Below, piece after piece: positions 25,373 to 33,119 of a stretch of 33,119 nucleotides of DNA; position 1 is the first letter of the stretch; each line of letters starts with the position of its first letter. The stretch spans positions 37,429,195 through 37,462,313 of the forward strand of contig NC_068994.1 in NCBI RefSeq assembly GCF_001194135.2. The letters run 5' to 3'. The DNA is from Octopus bimaculoides (taxonomy: Eukaryota). The notes below the pieces were generated by a model, which worked only from the letters and a program-made list of their open reading frames with translations, had not been told where the DNA came from and ran no database searches. The translations under genes were made by a program, and so were the position numbers.

Positions 25373-26660
25373 ATAAATATGTATATATGTGTACGTATAA
25401 AGGCTTTTCTAAAATAAATATACACTTCATTTTGTTGGCTGTGAGGAAGCTATAAGCTGAGGCACAAGCAAACAGAAACAGTAAGCTAATGTAGATGATT
25501 ACATAACTCCTGTTCTTTTGTCATACATTAATTGGTTTATATGCATACATATACATACATGCAAGCATATATATATATGGGCATTAACTACAGCATTGGA
25601 GAATTTTAGCTCTTATTTCTAGCAATATAGATGTTTTTTAACACAATAATCATATTTAGTGACAATTAGTATTTTCCTTTTTGGTGAAACATTGCAAACT
25701 GCTGTTTATATTAATTTTGTGTGTGTACACACACATATATATATATGTGTATATTGTTATATTGTTAAGTAGGATATTCCTGGTTATGGCATATTACTGG
25801 TGGTCAGAAAGTTACCGTTGATTTTATAATTTCTATTCCATTGACAATACTGATGGCTATTTACGCATGCTGGGCCAGTAGGACATAGCCTCTTTAATGC
25901 TGGAGGTGAATATACAGCTCCGGTTACCTTGGCAGTGAAAAGCATGGAACAAAATAACATTTTTGAGAGAAATGGAAGGGTTGCCTCCCAGTGTATGATT
26001 CACGTTGTTTCCTGAAGGGGTCAGCTGTGCCTGAGTACATGTTTTCTGTTTTCTAGTCTGAGAAAGGGAATGACCACATTTCTGCAGTGAAGTTTTTGTC
26101 ATGAGAGCAACAACTAAAAATTTTGCCTTTTGAGTTCAGAAAGACACCCAAGGATGAACTTCCATACAATTTCCATCAACAAATTTCACTCACATGGCCT
26201 TGGTTGTTCTGAGACTTATGTAAAAGATGTTTGTCCATTGATATAAAATTTGAGATCATGTGGTAACAAACTGAACTCAGTGATCACGCAATTATACCTG
26301 TGCAGTCATTGGTCCCTGTTAGTTGTTTCCATGCAGAGTAAAAGTGTTTGGGGAAATAATTATATTAGAATGTTCAGATGAAATTATATATATGCTTTCT
26401 TACACATTGTTTCTAGCACTTATACTTTCTGTAAATATTAACCAAATCACAAAAGTTTTGTCTCACTGTAAGCCCTATATCTATTTATCACACATTAAAA
26501 ATGTTTCTAAATTTGATTTCCTGCAGTATAAAATATATATTAAAAGATTCAATAGAAATGTAATTTGCTTAATAACTATCTGTTAATGGTTATTTATTTA
26601 TTTATATACTTATATAATGGCTACTTATACATATGTGTTTATATATGTATGTATATATAC

Positions 26661-26811
26661 CTGGTAAAGTTTCATAGAGCCCTGTGCTGGCTTCATTCCA
26701 ACTGTGTTGATTATCAGTAATGGATGGTAACGCTGGCATTTCACTAAGATGGTCTGGAGCTATAACCCATTGTCTTTCTTCTTTACCAATTCCAGATGTT
26801 ACTGTTGCCAC
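26661..26811 (-). CDS. Internal coding exon of an unidentified host gene (VATVTSGIGKEERQWVIAPDHLSEMPALPSITDNQHSWNEASTGLYETLP), phase 0 in, phase 1 out
   Basis: Acceptor ttttttatccatgagtcttcag|GTG, donor CCAG|gtatat, 151 nt open, complex non-repetitive peptide, GC higher than flanks. Confidence 0.75.
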
Positions 26812-27193
26812 CTGAAGACTCATGGATAAAAAAATAAAAGAGATTGGTCAAAAACAAAAACAACTACGAGAACAAAATAAAATGAAATAAATAATTAAAA
26901 TAAAATAACTAAGATGAAGTTGATGGGGTTGGTGGTGTGGTGGAGTTTGCAGTATTGTTGTTGTTGGTAGTGGTGGTGGTGGTGGTGGTGGTGGTATTGT
27001 GAAGACAAATTAGAAAGCGTTATTCAACTGAGAAAAGTAAATTGTGTTTCATAAATCTATACATACATTGCAGCAATCAATGATCACTTGTCACGTTGTA
27101 TTGTAACAAAGATAATTGGATATCAATATAGAAATTAGGATGGAGACAGCTGAATTACACAGTTCAATGATTTCTGCAGATGAGAAGATACAA

Positions 27194-27230
<37 letters not shown>

Positions 27231-27727
27231 TATAAAAATTTCTAAATCATTAAAACATAAATATCAATCTTCCTCTGCCAAAGTATAATAGACACATATA
27301 CTCTCTCTGCCTCTCTCTCTCTCTTTCTCTCACTCCATGAAAGAAAAATACTATTCTTATACAATAATTTTAGTGGGGTTTATCTCTGTTCTGAATGAGT
27401 AAATGAAAGGATAAATGGAGGTATGAAAAAGAAAAAAAATTTGCAAGCATAAGACCCTCAGTAAAGGTTAAATATATAATGTTAATCAATAATTGTTAGT
27501 AGACTGTTATATCAAGATGTTTGTTATAAAGCATTTCTAGGTTATCATTTACCAAAACTTTATCTCTATTTAACCTCAAATTGATTTTCCTTCTTTTTTT
27601 TTTTCTATGTTGTTTTTTTTGTGTTTTTTTAAGAATTTTCATTTTCATATAATTTCTTTTGTGTCTCAAAGTGAGTTGAATGATTGCCCAACACTGAAAT
27701 ATCATTGAATATGCCAGTATTTTGGTT

Positions 27728-27793
27728 CTAGTCAGTGTGGTTGGTAGCTGGCTTCTCTTTAGTATTACTTTGAGAAACAGTTTGAACAATATC
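27728..27793 (-). CDS. Candidate alternative terminal exon (DIVQTVSQSNTKEKPATNHTD*)
   Basis: Branch-like tactgat and pyrimidine tract before tttcag/acag acceptors; followed by AT-rich unique sequence. Confidence 0.25.
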   Translation of the reverse strand, partial: DIVQTVSQSNTKEKPATNHTD

Positions 27794-27984
27794 CTGTCTG
27801 AAATATAATATCTTTAAAAGAAAATGAAACAAATCAGTAACTTTGTTGCAACAATAGACTGATAGAAATATTTTTTTTTTATAGCTAAGATTTACTATTG
27901 TGGCATTGATAATTTAGTTTCACCATCCAAGTCAACAGATCTTAAACACTAAAGATAAAATTAGACAATAATGGAGTCTCTACA

Positions 27985-28465
27985 TGGTTGTCTGACCTGC
28001 TGGAAATAGTAGCTAATTTCTCTAAAATTCTTGTGTACTGTTGTAAAACAAGATAGGCATGTTAGGTCAGTCATTCCCAAGTTTATTTTCTCATTGAACC
28101 CTTATTTCAGTTTTGAAAACTTGCAGAAAATCCTTATTTTTACAGACAACCAAATTTTTAAAAACATTAAATGAAACAAAAGTTGTTTTAGAGAGAGAAT
28201 TTCTTCATAAAAAAATATCACATAGCATGATTTTTTACAAAATGGCAAATAGCATTACTTTATAAAATAATTCTTCATTAAATTTTATTAAAAGATATGT
28301 TATCTCATGGACACCAGTATTTTATTTTATTCTTTTTTTACATAGAGCTCATTTGTAGAAATGCTGCATTAAATAATGTAATTCTAGATCTGAATACCAT
28401 GTGATGAATGTCTTTAATCATAAGTCTGCTGAACAAGGGCCAACCAAGGGTTAAATAACAGCAAT
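27985..28465 (+). mobile_element. (AAC)n-tailed element apparently split by a hAT-like insertion (~28075-28330)
   Basis: gacctgctggaaatagtagctaa at ~27990 and aatcataagtctgctgaacaagggccaaccaagggttaaataacagc at ~28400 match the two ends of the 16660-16860 element; the insert starts cagtcattcccaag. Confidence 0.4.
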
Positions 28466-29529
28466 GGAAAACAGTATTGATTGTCAGTTGAAATTCATGA
28501 TACCTAATTTACAGAAGTGGGGGAAATAAGATTGCGTGACGTTCATGCTTTTCTTGGGAGCATTGGCATCATAAAATGCATAAATTTCAGATCTGCTATT
28601 TAATGTTTGTCACACATAAAGAATATTATAAAAGGACATTATTACAATATTAGTGTATTTTGTATCAGGAATAGATCAGAGAGATTAATAGCGGAAGAAT
28701 CAAGGAATTAATCAGTTACAAACTGATTCAATTGTTTGACTTCTAATCAGAGATATAGATCAATGACTGACTACCCCTCTTGACTTCAAAGAAATAATTA
28801 TCTATCTCCTTTGAAAAGAAACACTAGAATGACTTATTGACTTTTTAGGCTTATGGGAGAATTGCTGTCCAGCATTTCAGACTAACCAATTGTCAGTTAT
28901 ATACAACTCCTATTGCACCACATTAATGAACTTATCTCTCCATAACGTATTATAATCAAATGGACATAATTATTTAGAGTTTAATAAGACTTTTTTCTAG
29001 AGACAATAGCTTCTAGTTGAATAATACATTGTGAGTAAAATTTGGTGGAGAGAAACTATTCATTTGTTAATTCCTTAAACATGCATTTAACATGCATTTT
29101 CTATATGTATCCATACATCTATACAAATATACATACATGTACATATATACATCTATCTACGCACACACACACACAAATTTGCACATTCCGACCTAGCTTG
29201 GATGTGTTGGCTTAAACTTCGTAAGCTAGGGTAATTGTCCTCAGAAATCATCTTGTAAAGAAATTGAGTGCTAAAAAGCACAAATTATAGAGCAGATGAA
29301 ATTTTATTTGTGTTAGCAGACAAATACTACAGCTTATAGCATTTGAAACAAGACCTGCAGTCCAGTTGGATATGCAAATTAATATTCCTTACAAAGCTGC
29401 TTCTGTCACTTATAGCTAATTTATATACAGCCCACCAGCTTTTTGTGACATCATTGATTGCTTAGTCAGTAGTAGACTATATTGGTTCAACCATATGATC
29501 CTGGGGGTCCAAATTAAAGTTTTAGGGGT

Positions 29530-29720
29530 CCCGATGGCACATAAAAGCACCCACTACTCTTTCGGAGTGGTTGGCATTAGGAAGGGCATCCAGCTGTAGA
29601 AACTCTGCCAGATTAGATTGGAGCCTGGTGCAGGCATCTGGTTTGCCAGTCCTCAGTCAAATCGTCCAACCCTTGCTAGCATGGAAAGCAGACGTTAAGC
29701 GATGTGATGATGATGATGAT
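29530..29720 (+). mobile_element. RTE-type 3' tail ending (GAT)n
   Basis: ggcattaggaagggcatccagctgtagaaac...gtccaacccttgctagcatggaaagcagacgttaag-gatgatgat. Confidence 0.85.
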
Positions 29721-29754
29721 TTATATATGTCTTCAAGGCTGGGAGAACCAATAG

Positions 29755-29945
29755 CACACCAGGTAGAATGATTAGTGACATTTTGTCTGTCTTTATGTTC
29801 TGAGTCCAAACTCTGCTGAGCCTGACTTTGTCTTTCATACTTTCAGGGTTGATAAAATAACTATCTGTAAAATACTGAAGTTGGTGTAATCAACTTACCC
29901 TTCCTTCAAAATTGCTGGCCTTGTACCAAAATTTGAAATCAGTAT
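29755..29945 (+). mobile_element. SINE family B
   Basis: gttctgagtccaaactctgctgagcctgactttgtctttcatactttcagggttgataaaataa. Confidence 0.75.
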
Positions 29946-30024
29946 TTATATACATCTGTGTGTGTGTGTGTGGTGAGTGTGTGAAAGTACATGCAAATAA
30001 GTATGTGCGTGTGTGTTTTATATT

Positions 30025-30375
30025 CTAAGTTGTACTTGTTTCCATCAAGGGACTGTGATCATGACAGGGCTCCTTCATAAGGAGTTTTAGTTGAACAAGT
30101 CTAATTCCAGTTGTCAAGAGATGGAGTGGGTTGACACACACAGACACAAAGACATACACATGCATGCACTTACACACACATACACATGCACTTATACATA
30201 CAAACATACATATATATGAGAAGCTTCCACAAAGATTTTGTCTATCAAGTGATTCATTCAAAAGGTATTTGTCTACTATAGTAGAAGACACTTGCTCAAG
30301 CTGCTGCTCAGAGGCACTGAACTTGAAAACCATATTGTTGCAAAGTATGCATCTTAATCACACATCCATGCCAGG
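30025..30375 (-). mobile_element. Degenerate bipartite SINE family A
   Basis: gttgtcaag, (CA)n, ctatagtagaagacacttgctcaag, actgaacttg. Confidence 0.65.
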
Positions 30376-31433
30376 GGTAAACACATTTGAGCAAGAATAC
30401 CTTGTGGCATTCATGTCTTCCTTAACCACAATATTCACTTGTCATTTTATATTTGGCAAAAATCATATCCTAGGTACGAAACTGCATACTGGAGTTGATA
30501 TACTTGACTATAACCAATACAGGCAGTGCCCCAGCTTGGTCACAGTCCAGTAATTGAAATTAGTTAAAAAAAAAAAAAGCAACTAGAAAAGCAATGTTAC
30601 TGGTTCATAAAATGGTCTGTGCTTTCCCTAATTAACAGGCAATTTATTGACTCAGTCGATTGTAATTGTCTAAATGAGACATATAAGGTATCAAAATATA
30701 GTAAATTTATCTGCTGATTCATTATAATACATCTTTTGATACTGTTCACAATAATTTAGTATAATATGAACAGGGTAATTTTTTTTTTTATTATTTTGAA
30801 TATATAACAAAGATATAAGGGTTGTGAGAGAAAAAGAGAAAGTTCTAAAAGGAAATACATCTAAATTAGATTACTTGATCACAAGACAAGTTGAGTAAAA
30901 GACAAGTTAATCACAAGACAAGTTGAGTACAATTAAGACTACCATTCCGAACTATATATAATACCAATTTATAATTATATCAGCTGTCACAATTAGAGCG
31001 TATTCACTTTGTATATAAACTAAAGTGTTCTGATTTATGATGGAAAAAAATGTGACTGTGATATTCAAGTCTGCTTCATCAACGCCAGCAATTAAAACTG
31101 AAATAAGTGAAGTGAATCTCTCTCCAAGAATCTAAAACTTTGTCTTTCATTCAGATAGATTATCAAAATTAACTTTACTCTCCAGTTTTATACTCAGAAA
31201 TAGGCTCATTTTTGTATTATTAAGATAAAAATTGTGGTGGATTGTAGTGGATTGGTAGAATCAGTAGAGTGAAATACAATACACTTTGGAATATTTAGTT
31301 TCATATTCAATCTTGCAGAGATAAATTTTGCTTTTCATCCTTCTGAGGTTAATGAGCACTAGTTAAGTATGGGAGCAGATAAAATCAACCACTCACTACA
31401 TCCAGAGTGCTTACACCAGGAATTAATATTTAA

Positions 31434-31673
31434 CCCTTTCGTTACCATATTTATTTTGAGATGCTCTGTGTTTCTTTCAATTAATTTTAAATATAACAAA
31501 GAATTTAGTAAAATAGTAATCATTAAACTAGTGTTAAGAACATAAATTGTGACTAAGATTTGGTGGAAGATTTTAATACAAAACTTATGAAAACAAGACA
31601 TTTGTACTACAGAGCCAGAGGTAGTTTCAGCTGGGTACTTTGTACTACAGAGCCAAAGGTGATATCAAAAGGG
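31434..31673. mobile_element. piggyBac-type MITE, 240 bp, TTAA target duplication
   Basis: TTAA|CCCTTTCGTTACC...GATATCAAAAGGG|TTAA; internal duplication of tttgtactacagagcca. Confidence 0.85.
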
Positions 31674-31845
31674 TTAAGCATGGAAGATACAGTGGAATTT
31701 TAGTATTGGCAGAATTGTCAAAGCATCAGACAAAATGCATTTAGTTACACCTTTTCAAATTCTGATTTCAAATCCTGCCAGGCCCTTTGTTCTTTACCCT
31801 TCCAAAGACAATGCAAGAAGTACCATATTGTATTCAAATTTAAGA

Positions 31846-32075
31846 TCATCATCATCATCATCATCGTTTAACGTCCGTTTTCCATGCTGGCATGGATTGG
31901 ACGGTTTGACTGGGGACTGGCAAGCCAGGAGGCTGCACCAGGATCTAATCTGATCTGACAATGTTTCTACAGTCGGATGCCCTTCCTAATGCCAACTGCT
32001 CTGAGAGCATACTTGGAGCCTTTTACGTGCTGCCAGCACGGGAGCCAGTCAGGCGGCACTGGAAACGACCCATGT
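31846..32075 (-). mobile_element. RTE-type 3' tail, well preserved
   Basis: (CAT)n cgtttaacgtccgttttccatgctggcatggattggacggtttgac...ggatgcccttcctaatgcc. Confidence 0.88.
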
Positions 32076-32275
32076 ATGAATGGTGCTTATTGAATGCCAG
32101 CACTATGAATAATTTTGTCTACTATCCTGCTGGAATTGATGAAAAAAATCAGCTAATTATTGGAGCTGACTGTAAACATTGTAAGTGTGATGTGAATTGT
32201 AAATTATAAAAGAGAACTAATGCTAGCTTTACATTTTATCCTTCTGGAGTCAATCATTTTAGAACAATTACTAAA

Positions 32276-32674
32276 TTCTCTTTTCAGTCAAAGCCATTGA
32301 GGTGCTTTCTCAACAGTCTCTATGTTGTTCTTCATGGTTCTTCTTTTGCACATTTCTGAAGAGTCCAGTGTTCAATGGGTTATTCTCAGGGAACTACCAG
32401 TGAATTCTTGTCTGCCCTATTCTACACTGGCTAACACCTAATTCTCCTCATTCTGGCAGTCCTCCACCAATCCCAGATGCTTAGCTTTCTTCTCTTGTGT
32501 GTTTTCCATCCTCTTCTTTTTGAACACAGTTAACTCCAACAGGATCAGCCGTGTTGTCTCAGAAACCAAGATATCTTGTCTCAACAAAGTTTGGGTGTTA
32601 TGTGATGGAAACTTTAGTTCTTTCTCCAAGTCAACTTCCATCACCCAGCCAAGAGAACCTAACATCTTAACCAT
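32276..32674 (-). mobile_element. Decayed C-terminal restriction-like endonuclease region of a HERO-like non-LTR retrotransposon
   Basis: WVMEVDLEKELKFP...LRQDILVSETTRLILLELTV...EKKAKHLGLVEDC then ...KRRTMKNNIETVEKAPQWL*LKRE; fits the LRPD..LLELTVPWE..ERKxxKY..ASRWLWLKR pattern as I recall it. Confidence 0.8.
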
Positions 32675-32867
32675 AAGGTATACACATCAATTGGTTATAA
32701 CCAATTTGGTTAAGATTAGTCATAATAAATAAAGCCTATAAAACTTACTCACCACTTGGTGTTTGTCTACATTTCCATCTCTTTCTATTTCCAAAACATT
32801 TGATGAGTGTTTATGCCTCCAAAAGCATTTTCCATTGCACTAATCTGTAACCAGTCTGTATACTCAC

Positions 32868-32929
32868 TGAGAAAACTACAGATTGGTGTCGCAAAATGTA
32901 TTTTTGGAAGCATAAACCAACATCAAATG
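32868..32929 (-). CDS. Candidate upstream exon (xFDVGLCFQKYILRHQSVVFS), phase 1 in, phase 0 out
   Basis: Long pyrimidine tract tttcacttctctttctttttccaaag, donor CTCA|gtgagt; phase compatible with exon 26661-26811. Confidence 0.4.
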
Positions 32930-33119
32930 CTTTGGAAAAAGAAAGAGAAGTGAAATATAGACAAACAACAACTGGCAACTGCTTATAGGTTTTATTAATT
33001 GTGACTGTACTTATATAAAACACACACATACATATACAATCACAAGCTTTGTGAATGAATTTGGTAGGTGGAAGTTACTGCCGTGTGTGTATATGTCTGT
33101 GTATATGCTTGTGCCTCTC

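Noticed and set aside
25780-26060. GC-richer unique segment with several short open frames
   Set aside because: No frame combines convincing splice sites with a recognisable peptide; remains ambiguous
29189-29230. cctagctt/aagctagg hairpin
   Set aside because: 8-bp stem, expected by chance in 33 kb

Overview
AT-rich, CpG-poor eukaryotic genomic DNA with very dense microsatellites and six N-gaps, each abutting simple repeats or low-complexity sequence. The repeat repertoire looks like an Octopus-type cephalopod genome; this is recognition from memory, not a database result. Almost all ORFs in the supplied track are microsatellite or N artefacts. The window reads as mostly intronic sequence of an unidentified minus-strand host gene. 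One exon is well supported (26661-26811) and three are weaker candidates (32868-32929, 27728-27793, 4239-4330). The rest is transposon debris: three modular tRNA-derived SINE families, RTE-clade LINE fragments (one with the YADD motif and an embedded PHD-like finger), a HERO-like restriction-endonuclease retrotransposon 3' fragment, a Helentron-type non-autonomous element, a TTAA-flanked piggyBac-type MITE, and two related minisatellite arrays. The most unusual structure is a near-perfect 199-bp palindrome at 8644-8842. I found no intact novel multi-gene system.
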